Notes under the pieces: model-generated
Told to the model about the DNA's origin: nothing
Database searches by the model: none
Seen by the model: only the letters and a program-made list of their open reading frames with translations
Made by a program: the position numbers and the translations under genes
DNA from: Candidatus Latescibacterota bacterium
GTDB lineage: Bacteria; Latescibacterota; UBA2968; GCA-2709665
Assembly (NCBI GenBank): GCA_965208835.1
Contig: OZ242358.1
Coordinates: 352,001-416,000 of the forward strand
DNA length: 64,000 nucleotides
Direction of reading: 5' to 3'
Shown: in pieces, positions 20,628-31,044 of the stretch
Layout of the letters: every line of letters begins with the position of its first letter
Numbering within the stretch: the first letter of the stretch is position 1

Positions 20628-22589
20628 TCAGGTCGCGTCGCCCGGCTCAGCCAGATGCGCCTTTCGTGCCTCCTCCACGCGCTCGGGCGGAACGGGTCTG
20701 GAAAGCCCCACGCAAAACGCCAGGTACCACATGACGAAGATGCCGAAGGCAAGCATCAACAACTGCCAGACCCACAGAGACGGCAGGCCGAACGGGCCCC
20801 ATGTCGCAGGCGCATTGGGGTCGCCGAACAGCGTATTGCCGACTACGGCAAAGGGTCCGAAGCCCACGAGGAACCAGACCACGGTGAATAGCCAGGCCCA
20901 GGGGACGTGCCGGCGCCGCTCCTGCGAAATACCCGAGACCGCCTGAACGAAGCGGTGATGGCTCACTCTCCGGTCCCGGTCTTTCCCGCCGTCCGGCCGC
21001 AGATACGACACAAGAACGGCAACCAGCATGTTGAAGAAAATGCCCCAGCCCGCGCTGTGAATCGTCAGCGGGTACGCGCCCCAGGGCGTGTCGCTGATCG
21101 TGGAGGCGATGCGGTCCGGCAGGAACAGCTTCACAAATCCCATGATCACGGGAAGCACCTCGCTGACCGTGCGGTCGGTAAGTGTAACCGCTGCCAGTCC
21201 CGCAACCAGCCCCCATACCACGCCCTTCCTGGTGAAGAACCGGAAATAACAGAGCCCCATCAATGCCGGATACATCTGAAACCCGTAGGCCACGGCGAGT
21301 CCGCCCAGCATCACGATTGCCTGCGTGGATTTGGCTGCCACAATCAGCGCGGCAAGCGTTACCAGTATCACGAAAATCCGGCCGTACAACTTCTGCGTGC
21401 TGTCCGAAGCATCGGGTGAAACGTAACGCCGATAGAGGTCCCGGGTCACCATCCCGCTGAACGTGGACATATAGGCCGCCCCGGTGCTCTGCATGGCCCC
21501 CAGCGCACACACGGCAAGCAGTCCGACCAGCCACGGATAGTTGTCCGCCAGCAGGTTGATCAACTGGGGCACCAGTTCCGGCCGGCTCACCTTTTCGAAG
21601 ACCCCGTTGGCCAGCAGCACGTTACCGCCCAGTCCCTGGAATATAGTAAAGGTAAACAGGATGATTCCGATGATCACCGAGGACGCCACCACCTGCTGCC
21701 ATCGAAAGGGCTCGCTGGTACGGTTGGAAAACGCCCACATTGAAAAGGCGGGCGAAGACTGGATGCCCATCAGCGCGAACATATAGGTCATACACATCAT
21801 TCCGGTCCAGACGCCTCCAACCGCTTTCGACCCCTCGGAAACAACCTGAATCGAGCCGGGCAACGCCACGTAATGGGAATGCCCCGCGGGCGTCAGTCCC
21901 TTTCCCGAAGCCAGGTCCTGTCGAACAAGATTGCCCACGCCCTCCGTGAAAGCCGTCCATCCACCGGAAAATTGAATCGCGACAATGCCCAGGGCGACGA
22001 TCCCGAACGCAAGGAGAATGCACTGCGCGCAGTCCACGTAAGCCACAGACCGCAGCCCACCGGCAGCCACATAGATCATCACAATGGCGGACAGCGCGAA
22101 CATCCCCACTTCCACGCTCAGCAAGTTATCGGAGAGCACGTTGAACAGGAACCCCGAGGCTCGAAGCTGGACACCCAGATACGGCACGCTGAAAAGAAAC
22201 GCCACGAGTACCGTCAGCAGTCTGATCGTATCGCCGCCGTAGTAGTGGGAATACATCTCGCCGGGCGTGATATGCTGAAACGCCCTCCCGATGAGCCATT
22301 GTCGCCTCAGGAAAAGCACGCCGGTAAACGGAATCGTCAGCGCATAGAAGGAAGCGAACGCATAAGGAAGGCCTGCCTCCAGAATGAGACCGGGATGACC
22401 CACGAAGGTCCAGCCCGAAAAACTGGTGGCGGTGGCGGCCAGCACGAAAACCCAGATGCCGATGCTGCGGCCGGCCACGAAATAATCCGCGGACGTGCGC
22501 GATCGCAGGGCCCCCCGGAACCCCCAGAAAAGACAATAGGCCCAGTACAGGCCCACGAAGATCAGCAACCAGATCAGTTTGGCTTCCAA
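20628..22589 (-). CDS. Sodium:solute symporter family protein
   Basis: DYFVAGR, ATSFSGWTF.G.PG, GGLRSVAY.D, AMQST motifs; many hydrophobic segments. Confidence 0.92.
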   Translation of the reverse strand: MEAKLIWLLIFVGLYWAYCLFWGFRGALRSRTSADYFVAGRSIGIWVFVLAATATSFSGWTFVGHPGLILEAGLPYAFASFYALTIPFTGVLFLRRQWLIGRAFQHITPGEMYSHYYGGDTIRLLTVLVAFLFSVPYLGVQLRASGFLFNVLSDNLLSVEVGMFALSAIVMIYVAAGGLRSVAYVDCAQCILLAFGIVALGIVAIQFSGGWTAFTEGVGNLVRQDLASGKGLTPAGHSHYVALPGSIQVVSEGSKAVGGVWTGMMCMTYMFALMGIQSSPAFSMWAFSNRTSEPFRWQQVVASSVIIGIILFTFTIFQGLGGNVLLANGVFEKVSRPELVPQLINLLADNYPWLVGLLAVCALGAMQSTGAAYMSTFSGMVTRDLYRRYVSPDASDSTQKLYGRIFVILVTLAALIVAAKSTQAIVMLGGLAVAYGFQMYPALMGLCYFRFFTRKGVVWGLVAGLAAVTLTDRTVSEVLPVIMGFVKLFLPDRIASTISDTPWGAYPLTIHSAGWGIFFNMLVAVLVSYLRPDGGKDRDRRVSHHRFVQAVSGISQERRRHVPWAWLFTVVWFLVGFGPFAVVGNTLFGDPNAPATWGPFGLPSLWVWQLLMLAFGIFVMWYLAFCVGLSRPVPPERVEEARKAHLAEPGDAT

Positions 22590-22797
22590 AACGTCCGTCC
22601 CTCCCGTGGAAATGAAGGAAAACGAAGAACAGGCCCGGCAAGGTATGAAGAATAGCCCTGATACGCAACGGTAAATTGCCCAAACGCGACTCGCCGCGGT
22701 CCGCTCCGGCAGCCGGCGTCCACGGCCCCGAATCCGATTTTTGATTTGACAAGACGGGGATATTTTCGTATGGAGAGTTGCAGTGTTGAGCCCTTAA

Positions 22798-22957
22798 CAG
22801 CCCGTTGGAAAAGCCCATCCGGGCTACAGCCGGCCCTTGCGGTCGAAATACTGCGTTGCGCGCCCTCGCCGAATCGCTGGATGGGACTCGGTTGCGCGCC
22901 TTGTCTTCGACCACAATGCCTCCGCCTCGCCTGCAGAGCGACTTTTTCAACGGACTG
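22798..22957. mobile_element. MITE, copy B, flanked by TTAA on both sides
   Basis: ttaa-CAGCCCGTTGGAAAAG ... CTTTTTCAACGGACTG-ttaa; reverse complement of 10756-10901 with a short internal indel. Confidence 0.85.
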
Positions 22958-23042
22958 TTAAAGCGTGTTCACCATACGCTGTCAGGGCTTCAACATCCGA
23001 CAGAACACCAAGCGTAGGCTCGATCTTCTTCGGTTCAGCGAC

Positions 23043-24572
23043 ATGGCTATCACGCGAAAAAGACTCACGCCGGCTATCGTCGGCTTTTTCGTCTCCGCCT
23101 GCACCCTCGCGCCGCGTTCAGCGCCGCCGGTCGCTGAATCGGTTTCCGAGCTGACCGACGGATCCGCAGGGGGTGAAGTCTCTGTCTCAATCCAGCGCCG
23201 GGAATGGTGGAAATCCTTCGCCGACCCGGCCCTGAACGGGATAATCGAGAACGTGCTGGAATCGAACTTCGACCTGGCGGCCGCGGTCGCCCGGGTCGAT
23301 CAGGCCAGGGCGCGCGCACGCATCGCCAGGGCGCCCCTGTTCCCGTCGATTCAGCCGACAGCCGGCGTCAACGAATTCGACGCACCCACAAACGCGGGCA
23401 TCGGAGCGCAGCTGGACGAACTGGGAGTGGGTTCGGGAGGTGGCGGCGTGCCGCGAATCGCCCTCCCCGATCGACTCGGGCTGACGACTTACACGGTCGG
23501 TGCGGAATTCGCGTATGAACTGGACTTCTGGGGCCGGAATCGCAACGACGGTCTCGCCGCGGGAGCCGAGCGCCTGGCATCCGAGTCGGACTATCTGACG
23601 GCCAGGATGGGCGTTCTGGCCGAAACCGTCCGGACCTACCTTGAAATTGTCAACCTGCGGCGCCAGCAGAGGCTGGCAACGGAAATAGCAGAGGTCTCCC
23701 GCCAAAGGGAGTCGCTTGCGGAGTCCCGATACAACCGTGGGCTGACCGACGTGAGCGGCCTCCACAGGGCGCGGCAGGATGCGCGAGGCGCACAGGCCGA
23801 ATTGCCGCAGATTGTTGCTCTGCTGGCCAACGCGGAGGGGCGGCTCCGGGTGCTTATGGGAGACCACCGCGTGGACCTCGCGCGATTGCTGTCTGATTCT
23901 CTGGCCACCGACGGGGCCCTGCAGCCTGTTCCGGCGGGCATTCCGACCCGCCTTCTGGCGCAGCGTCCCGACGTCGTCGCGGCAAAGCAGCGGTTGGAAG
24001 CCGCCCGATACCAGGTCGGCGCCCGTCGCGCGGACCTGGCGCCGAGACTGTCTCTTCACGGATCCATCGGGCTGCAGAGTACGGAGTCGAGCGAGTGGTT
24101 CAACCCGGAGCAATGGTTCCGCAATCTGAGCATGAACCTGCTCGGACCCGTCTTCCAGGGCTCTCGTCTTCGCGGCAATCTCGCGCTCGCGAAAGCCAGA
24201 ATGAAAGAAGCCGTCGCGGCCTACGGGAGATCCGTGGTCACCGCTGTCAACGAGGTTGAAGCCGCGCTTGCAGGCCTGGCGGCCAGCCGCAGGCGTCATT
24301 CTCTGCTGAGCTCTCAATCGAATGCGGCTCAATCGGAAGAAGAACTGCAGGAGCAACGGTATGTTTCGGGTGTGATTGACTATGTGGCGTTACTGACCGC
24401 GATGCAGGTCCGGCTGACGGCGGAATCCTTGCTTGCAGCGTCGGACCGCGACCTGGGTCTGGCCCGACTTGCCCTGCACCGGGCGCTGGGAGGCGCGTGG
24501 ACCCCCGACGCCCGCCAGGCCTTCGGGCCGGAACCGCCGAGCCAACGCATCTCCCGACCTCCAACGGAGTAG
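23043..24572 (+). CDS. RND efflux outer-membrane lipoprotein (NodT/TolC family)
   Basis: Lipobox VSAC from ATG 23043; WWKSF.DP.L, YELDFWG, LLAQRPDV and LHRALGG motifs. Confidence 0.92.
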   Translation: MAITRKRLTPAIVGFFVSACTLAPRSAPPVAESVSELTDGSAGGEVSVSIQRREWWKSFADPALNGIIENVLESNFDLAAAVARVDQARARARIARAPLFPSIQPTAGVNEFDAPTNAGIGAQLDELGVGSGGGGVPRIALPDRLGLTTYTVGAEFAYELDFWGRNRNDGLAAGAERLASESDYLTARMGVLAETVRTYLEIVNLRRQQRLATEIAEVSRQRESLAESRYNRGLTDVSGLHRARQDARGAQAELPQIVALLANAEGRLRVLMGDHRVDLARLLSDSLATDGALQPVPAGIPTRLLAQRPDVVAAKQRLEAARYQVGARRADLAPRLSLHGSIGLQSTESSEWFNPEQWFRNLSMNLLGPVFQGSRLRGNLALAKARMKEAVAAYGRSVVTAVNEVEAALAGLAASRRRHSLLSSQSNAAQSEEELQEQRYVSGVIDYVALLTAMQVRLTAESLLAASDRDLGLARLALHRALGGAWTPDARQAFGPEPPSQRISRPPTE

Positions 24573-24578
24573 AACGTC

Positions 24579-25790
24579 ATGTCCCGCATATCCAGCATCC
24601 TGATTTCCGTCGCGATTGTCGTGTTTTCGGTGGGTCTGGCTGCTCTAATGGTTTCACTGGCGCCCGAACCGACGCGGACCGAACAGCCTCCCCAGATTCC
24701 GTACGTTCAGACGGGTTGGGTTTTGGCCGGGTCCGGATCCATACCGATTTTCGGGTCCGGTACCGTGCGTCCCGGCGCGGAGGTCGATATCGTTCCTCAG
24801 GTGAGCGGCAGGGTGGTCTGGGTGGATCCGGGATTCAAGAGCGGCGGCCGGGTAACGGCCGGGCAACCCATGTTCCGGATCGAAGAGGTCCACTATCAAT
24901 TCCGGGTGGAGGAAGCGGAAGCCAATCTTGCGGCCAGCCGGGTGGCATTGCTCAGGGAACAGGAACAGGCATCCATTGCCCGCTCCCAGTACGAACTCTA
25001 CGCGCGGCAGCGGGGGGACGAGGCTTCGCCATCCGATACGAATCCTCTCACGCTGAGAGAGCCCCAGTTGAACGCGGCGAGGGCGGCGCTGAATCGCGAC
25101 GAAGCCAGGCTTGCCGACGCCAGACTCGCCCTGTCCAGAACCCGGATGACCGCGCCTTTCAACGGCGTGGTGCGCGAGGAATTCGTGGACCGGGGAAAGG
25201 TCGTCAGTCCCGGCCAGCCGGTGGGCCGGCTGTTTGCCGCGGACGCGGTGGAAGTGGTCGTACCCCTGACCGACGGCAACGCCGCCCTCATTCCGGACCT
25301 GTGGCGACTGAAGGCGGGTGACGGCAATCGAGACGTGGCTGCCCGGGTGGTCGCCCGGTACGGCGACGCGAAATACGAATGGGAAGGCTACGTGGATCGA
25401 GCCGAGGCAGCCCTTGACGAGCAATCGCGCACCATCGATGTCATCGTGCGCGTACCGGGTCCGTTTTCCGCGGGCGTCCCGGCGACCGGGAACGTCAACC
25501 CAGGTGGTCATCCGCCACTGTTGGTGGGCAAGTTTGTCCAGGTGGAAATCGAGGGCAGGTTCGGGGAGGGCTTTTTCAGGATCCCACGGGCATCGCTGAA
25601 GCCCGGTAACGAGGTCTGGATGGTGAAGGGCGGCGCTGTGAATATCGTTCCGGTTCGGGTTTTGCAGCGTTCCAACGATGAGGCGTACGTGACGGGTTCG
25701 CTGGAACACGGTCTGGCGGCAATAACCGGCGGGATCCAGTTCGCAACGGACGGAATGCCCGTCCAGACGGAGACTGACGAGTCGCCATGA
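24579..25790 (+). CDS. RND periplasmic adaptor (membrane fusion protein)
   Basis: N-terminal TM segment, PQVSGRV, coiled coil, APFNGVV. Confidence 0.92.
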   Translation: MSRISSILISVAIVVFSVGLAALMVSLAPEPTRTEQPPQIPYVQTGWVLAGSGSIPIFGSGTVRPGAEVDIVPQVSGRVVWVDPGFKSGGRVTAGQPMFRIEEVHYQFRVEEAEANLAASRVALLREQEQASIARSQYELYARQRGDEASPSDTNPLTLREPQLNAARAALNRDEARLADARLALSRTRMTAPFNGVVREEFVDRGKVVSPGQPVGRLFAADAVEVVVPLTDGNAALIPDLWRLKAGDGNRDVAARVVARYGDAKYEWEGYVDRAEAALDEQSRTIDVIVRVPGPFSAGVPATGNVNPGGHPPLLVGKFVQVEIEGRFGEGFFRIPRASLKPGNEVWMVKGGAVNIVPVRVLQRSNDEAYVTGSLEHGLAAITGGIQFATDGMPVQTETDESP

Positions 25791-28700
25791 GTACGAACGA
25801 CGACATCCACGGCGAACGGCCCGGCCCGATCGCCTACATGGCCGGCAACAGCATTGCCGCCAATCTGTTGATGTGGGCTATCGTCGCCGCGGGGTTGGTT
25901 TCGCTGACCGGAATCGATCGGGAAGCGTGGCCCACCACGCCCTTCTACCATATCGAAGTCTCCATGGCCTATCCCGGCGCCACTCCGGAGGAGGTGGAGG
26001 AGTCGATCGTTGTCAAGATCGAGGACCGGGTCAGCGGTTTGGACGACGTCAAGGCGGTCAAGTCAGTGGCGGCGCCGGGTATCGCGTCCGTCAGAATTCA
26101 AATGAATTCCGGAACGGACATGGCCCGGGCCCTGGACGATATCGAGTCCGCGGTCAATCGCGTACAGTCTTTCCCCGCCGATGCCGATCGTCCCAGTTTC
26201 CGGGAGATGGATAACCGCATGAGCTTGATGCGGCTCATCGTCTACGGCGACGTGTCCGAGCGCTCGCTGAAGGAATTGGCGTATCAGATCGAGGATAAAC
26301 TCACGGCGCTTCCGTCCGTGTCCCAGGTCGAGATCAGTGGTGTTCGGGAATACGAGATCTCCATCGAGGTGCCGCTGCATCAGTTGAGGGCCCTCGGGCT
26401 TACTCTCAACGACGTTGCCAATACCATTCGTCGCAGTTCCCTGAATCTCTCTGCCGGCAGTATCGATACCCGGGAGTCCCAGGTGCGGATCCGGACCCTC
26501 GGCCAGAACTACGACCAGCAGGATTTCGAAGCAATCGTCCTTCTCAGCAAGAGTGACGGCACGGTATTGCGCGTTGGCGATATCGCCGAAGTCCGCGACG
26601 GATTTCAGGAAGCCGACCTGATTGTCCGGCATCAGAACCATCCCGCTGTATTCGTGGAGGTCTTCCGGGCCGATGGCGAACAGGTGATGGACGTCGCGAC
26701 GAACGTCCGGGAACATTTGAAAAACGAGGTGATCCCGGTGCTGCCGGACGGCGTGGGCGTCACCGTGTGGAATGACGAATCCCAAGTCTATGAGGAACGC
26801 GCCGGTCTCCTTATCAAGAACGGCATCCTGGGGCTGTTGCTGGTGTTGATCGCACTCAGCCTGTTTCTCGAAATCCGGCTTGCAATTTGGGTCGCCGTCG
26901 GCCTCGCCGTTTCGGGTATAGGCGCGCTGGCCGTCATGAATGCGCTCGACGTGGCGATCAACGAAATCAGCCTGTTTTCCTTCGTACTCGCCATAGGGAT
27001 CGTCGTCGACGACGCCATCGTCGTCGCCGAGCACATTCGATACGAACGCAGTCGGGGAACCCCCGGTGTTACGGCCGCGATCCGTGGTGTACGTCGGATA
27101 AAGGTGCCACTGACCTTCGCGGTCCTCACTTCGGTGGTCGCTTTCGTCCCGCTGCTGTTCATCCCCGGCGGCATCGGTGACGTATGGCGGGCCCTGCCGA
27201 TCGTCATGATCGCCATGTTATTGGTCTCCCTGGTCGAATCACTGCTGGTGCTGCCCAACCACCTGTCCCATTTGAAGGGTCCGGAATGGGTGCCGACCAG
27301 TGCTTTCGACCGGTTCTTCGCACGGATCCAGGGCCGTGTGAACGAGTTGTTGAACCGGTTCGTACAGGGTCCGCTGGACCGGGCGCTGCGGTTCGCGACG
27401 GATCAGCCCGCGATCACGATGGGGGGGGCCGTGGGTATGCTCGTGCTCAGCATCTCGCTGTTGCCGGCGGGAATCGTACCCACAACGCTGGCCGCTGACA
27501 TCGAGGGGGATTTCGCGACGGTCGTCCTGGAGATGCCCGATGGGACGACCGCCCCGAGGACGTACGAAGTGGCGCTGGAACTGGAGGCCGCAGGCCGCAG
27601 GGTCATCGAACGACTCTCGCGCGGCCGGCCCGGAGACGCGCCACCGCTGCTGACTGGCGTAACGGTTACCGTCGGTTTGGGATCGAGACTCGAGGGCGGG
27701 CTCAATCCGGCCCCCACCCTCAATCCCCAGGCCAACATCGCTACCATCGAGTTCAAACTCCTGAGTGCGCAGCAAAGGCAGATCTCATCCGGAGAGGTCG
27801 TGCAGGCATGGCGAGAAGAGGTGGGGGTGCTTCCTTACGTGCGCGGCGTCACCTTCAGCGGCGCGGTCTTTGACCTGGGCAACCCGGTCGAGGCCGTACT
27901 GTCGCATCCGGATCCGGATCTCCTTGCGCGGATTGCGAACGCTGTGGTCGACGGTCTCCGAGAAGTGGCAGGCATCCACGACATCCGGTCGGATCACACC
28001 CCGGGCATCCCGGAAATGCAGCTGGAGCTGCGGCCGGAGGCGCGGACGCTCGGTCTCACGCTCGATGCGCTGGCCGGGCAGGCGCGCGCCGCGTTCTTCG
28101 GCGCAGAGGCGGTTCGGGTGCAACGCGGCCGGGAAGAGGTCCGGGTCTACGTGCGCCTGCCCGAGGATGAGCGGAATTCCATTACCGATATCGAGGGGTA
28201 CCTGCTCCGTACACCGGGCGGGGCCGAGGTTCCGGTCATGAGTGTGGCCTCCCTGAATCCGGGGGTGTCACCGCCGGCCATTCGGCGGAAGGACGGCCAG
28301 CGCGTCGTCACGGTCACCGCGGATGTCGATGCTTCGGAGATTTCCGGCGACGAAGCCAACAACATTCTGGCCAATTCGATCCTCTCGGACCTGACCGCCT
28401 TGCACCCGGACCTGACATACAGCTTCGGAGGTGAACAGCAACAGCAACTCGATTCCCTGGATGCGCTGTACCGTGGGTTCGCGGTCGCGCTGATCATGAT
28501 CTTTGTTCTTCTCGCCATTCCGCTGCGATCCTACACCAAACCGTTTATCATCATGGTCGTGATCCCCTTCGGGTTCATCGGCGTGATCCTGGGCCACTGG
28601 GTTCTGGGAGTAGCTCTGAGCGCTGTTTCCTTCTTGGGTATCTTCGGCCTGAGTGGGGTGGTCGTGAACGATTCCCTGGTGATGATCGATTTCATCGATC

Positions 28701-28981
28701 AGAAACTCGGGGAAGGCGCGTCGGCAAGAACTGCGATTGTGGAGGGCGCCAAAGGACGCTTTCGTCCGATCATGCTCACTTCCGTGACGACGTTCCTCGG
28801 CTTCACGCCCCTCATTCTGGAGCGCGCCATCCAGGCCCAGTTCCTGATCCCCTTTGCCGCCTCGCTCGGTTGCGGCATTCTGTTCACCACGGCTATACTC
28901 ATGATGGTCGTTCCCGCGCTTTACACCATCCAACTGCGTCTGACTGCTTCGTGGGGCCGTTCCGGCGCCGGTACCACGTAG
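25787..28981 (+). CDS. RND efflux permease (AcrB/AcrD/AcrF family)
   Basis: YPGATPEEVE, GIVVDDAIVV, RFRPIMLTS; 1064 aa; ATGA overlap with the adaptor gene. Confidence 0.95.
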   Translation: MSTNDDIHGERPGPIAYMAGNSIAANLLMWAIVAAGLVSLTGIDREAWPTTPFYHIEVSMAYPGATPEEVEESIVVKIEDRVSGLDDVKAVKSVAAPGIASVRIQMNSGTDMARALDDIESAVNRVQSFPADADRPSFREMDNRMSLMRLIVYGDVSERSLKELAYQIEDKLTALPSVSQVEISGVREYEISIEVPLHQLRALGLTLNDVANTIRRSSLNLSAGSIDTRESQVRIRTLGQNYDQQDFEAIVLLSKSDGTVLRVGDIAEVRDGFQEADLIVRHQNHPAVFVEVFRADGEQVMDVATNVREHLKNEVIPVLPDGVGVTVWNDESQVYEERAGLLIKNGILGLLLVLIALSLFLEIRLAIWVAVGLAVSGIGALAVMNALDVAINEISLFSFVLAIGIVVDDAIVVAEHIRYERSRGTPGVTAAIRGVRRIKVPLTFAVLTSVVAFVPLLFIPGGIGDVWRALPIVMIAMLLVSLVESLLVLPNHLSHLKGPEWVPTSAFDRFFARIQGRVNELLNRFVQGPLDRALRFATDQPAITMGGAVGMLVLSISLLPAGIVPTTLAADIEGDFATVVLEMPDGTTAPRTYEVALELEAAGRRVIERLSRGRPGDAPPLLTGVTVTVGLGSRLEGGLNPAPTLNPQANIATIEFKLLSAQQRQISSGEVVQAWREEVGVLPYVRGVTFSGAVFDLGNPVEAVLSHPDPDLLARIANAVVDGLREVAGIHDIRSDHTPGIPEMQLELRPEARTLGLTLDALAGQARAAFFGAEAVRVQRGREEVRVYVRLPEDERNSITDIEGYLLRTPGGAEVPVMSVASLNPGVSPPAIRRKDGQRVVTVTADVDASEISGDEANNILANSILSDLTALHPDLTYSFGGEQQQQLDSLDALYRGFAVALIMIFVLLAIPLRSYTKPFIIMVVIPFGFIGVILGHWVLGVALSAVSFLGIFGLSGVVVNDSLVMIDFIDQKLGEGASARTAIVEGAKGRFRPIMLTSVTTFLGFTPLILERAIQAQFLIPFAASLGCGILFTTAILMMVVPALYTIQLRLTASWGRSGAGTT

Positions 28982-29012
28982 TGCACTTCATGACGCAGGG
29001 AGGCGAAAACCG

Positions 29013-31040
29013 ATGGCTGATTCTACCGAGGATCCGACGACTCAACCGCTGACTTTGACTCAAGAACTCATCCTGATGCTTCTCAATGAGGAGACCGGTT
29101 ACTTCCACCAGGTCCCCGGCTGGGATTTGCACTGCGCTGTTGTCGGCGCCGTGCTTGCGGAACTTTCACTCCGGTCCCGCATTGACACGGACGCGGAGTC
29201 CCTGTTCCTCCTCGACCAGACGCCAACGGGCAATTCCACCATCGATCCCATACTGAAAGAAATCGCAAGCGAGTCAAATCAGCAGAATACCCAGTACTGG
29301 ATCGAGCGGCTGGCTTCCCGTGCAGAGTCGATCGTTGATTCGGTTCTGGACCGCTTGGTAGAAATGAAGATCCTGGAACACCACGACGGCGAGTTCTGGA
29401 CGTTGGCCCGTACCGACTGGAAGATGGGATTGCACAGCGACGACGATACGGGCACCGCGAATCAGTACATCAGAACGCGGATCAGTCGGGCGATCTTCAT
29501 GAACGAGATACCCGACCCGAGAGACGTCATAATCATCTGCCTCGTCAATACGTGCGACGTATTTCGGTACATTTTCCAACTCGACGACGAGACGGAGCAG
29601 CGCATCGAGTTCATCTGCAAGATGGACGAGATCGGGCGTTCAATATCAGAAGCGGTCTCCCACAATCTCGCTGGCCCGATGCTTCGACGTCCCGTGCTTA
29701 CCCGGAAGATTCCGAAGGTTTCGCTACGCAAGCTGGTGCTAAACCCACATGTTCTAGACGGGAACGTAAATGCGCTATTTGCGGATCTTGCGCAGGAATA
29801 CGGCCCGGTGTTTGAGATCCGTCCTCCGTTCGCCAAGCCCATGATCTTCCTTGCGGGACTCGAGGCAAACCGCTGGGTGCATAAGCACGGGCGCATGTAC
29901 CTGAGAGCCAAGGACTACTTCAGCGACTTCGAGAAGGTCTACGGCGCGTCCGGCCTCTTGCCTTCCCTGGACGGCGCCGATCACTTCCGGCTTCGCAAGT
30001 CCTTGTCGCCAGCGTATTCTCGCGGCAGACTGGAAGGGCAGATGGACCAGCTCTACCAGAATGCGCGGAATTACATGGCAAGCTGGAACGTTGGAGACGC
30101 CTATACTGCCACGTCCATGTGCCGGCAGATGGTGAACGCCCAACTCTCGCCACTGTTTATTGGTGTCGACAGCCAGGATCTCATGGACGATCTGATGAAA
30201 TACAAGGAACGGGCGCTCAGCGTTCACATCGCCAGGATGTTGCCAAAATTCACGCTGAACACCCCAGGCATGAGACGCCGGGCGAAAACCCTCGATACGC
30301 TGATGGAGCGAATCGAGGGGGTCCATACCCCCGCCCAACGGGCCGAAAGTCCGCGGGATCTCGTGGACGAGTACCTGAGCCTGCACGCGAGTGACCCGCA
30401 GTTCCTCCCGGAGTCCAACCTGCGGTTTGCCTTTTCCGCAGCGTTGATCGCCAGCGTGTACCTTGGCGATACGTTCAGCCTGGTCGTTTACGCGATGGCG
30501 TCGCAGCCTGCCCTTTGCGAGAAAATCCGAAATGAAGCCGATGCCATGTTCGAGAACGGCGATCCGGATGCCGAGGCCTTCACGCCATCCGCGATTGACG
30601 TCACGCATCGCTTCCTCATGGAGTGTATGCGCATGTACCCAATCGTTCCCATGTCCATTCGAAACGTGATGAATACGTGTGTGTTCGAGGGTTACGAACT
30701 GCCGTTGGGGGAACGCATCCACATCGCGATGACCGCCGCGCATTACATGAGCGACGTCTTTCCTGACCCGAACACCTTCGACATCGACCGCTACCTGCCG
30801 CCGCGACACGAGCATCGCAGCCCCGGGTACGCTCCGTACGGACTGGGCACGCATATGTGTCTCGGCACACGCTGGATGGAATTGCAACTTGCTGTCAACT
30901 TGCTGTTGCTGACGCACTATTTCAAGATCGAAATGTCGCCAGCCAACTATAAGCTGCGGTTCAATCCGTTTCCGTCGTTGAAACCTAGCAAGAAGCTGAA
31001 GTTCCGGATTACCGAACAGCGACGGGAACTGTTCGACTGA
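29013..31040 (+). CDS. Cytochrome P450 fused to an N-terminal GPP34/GOLPH3-like domain
   Basis: N-terminal LTLTQELILMLLNEETG...GAVLAELSLRSRI...W...LVEMKIL (GPP34 pattern); C-terminal ECMR (ExxR), FPDP..FDIDRY and PYGLGTHMCLG heme motif. Confidence 0.88.
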   Translation: MADSTEDPTTQPLTLTQELILMLLNEETGYFHQVPGWDLHCAVVGAVLAELSLRSRIDTDAESLFLLDQTPTGNSTIDPILKEIASESNQQNTQYWIERLASRAESIVDSVLDRLVEMKILEHHDGEFWTLARTDWKMGLHSDDDTGTANQYIRTRISRAIFMNEIPDPRDVIIICLVNTCDVFRYIFQLDDETEQRIEFICKMDEIGRSISEAVSHNLAGPMLRRPVLTRKIPKVSLRKLVLNPHVLDGNVNALFADLAQEYGPVFEIRPPFAKPMIFLAGLEANRWVHKHGRMYLRAKDYFSDFEKVYGASGLLPSLDGADHFRLRKSLSPAYSRGRLEGQMDQLYQNARNYMASWNVGDAYTATSMCRQMVNAQLSPLFIGVDSQDLMDDLMKYKERALSVHIARMLPKFTLNTPGMRRRAKTLDTLMERIEGVHTPAQRAESPRDLVDEYLSLHASDPQFLPESNLRFAFSAALIASVYLGDTFSLVVYAMASQPALCEKIRNEADAMFENGDPDAEAFTPSAIDVTHRFLMECMRMYPIVPMSIRNVMNTCVFEGYELPLGERIHIAMTAAHYMSDVFPDPNTFDIDRYLPPRHEHRSPGYAPYGLGTHMCLGTRWMELQLAVNLLLLTHYFKIEMSPANYKLRFNPFPSLKPSKKLKFRITEQRRELFD

Positions 31041-31044
31041 CGAA

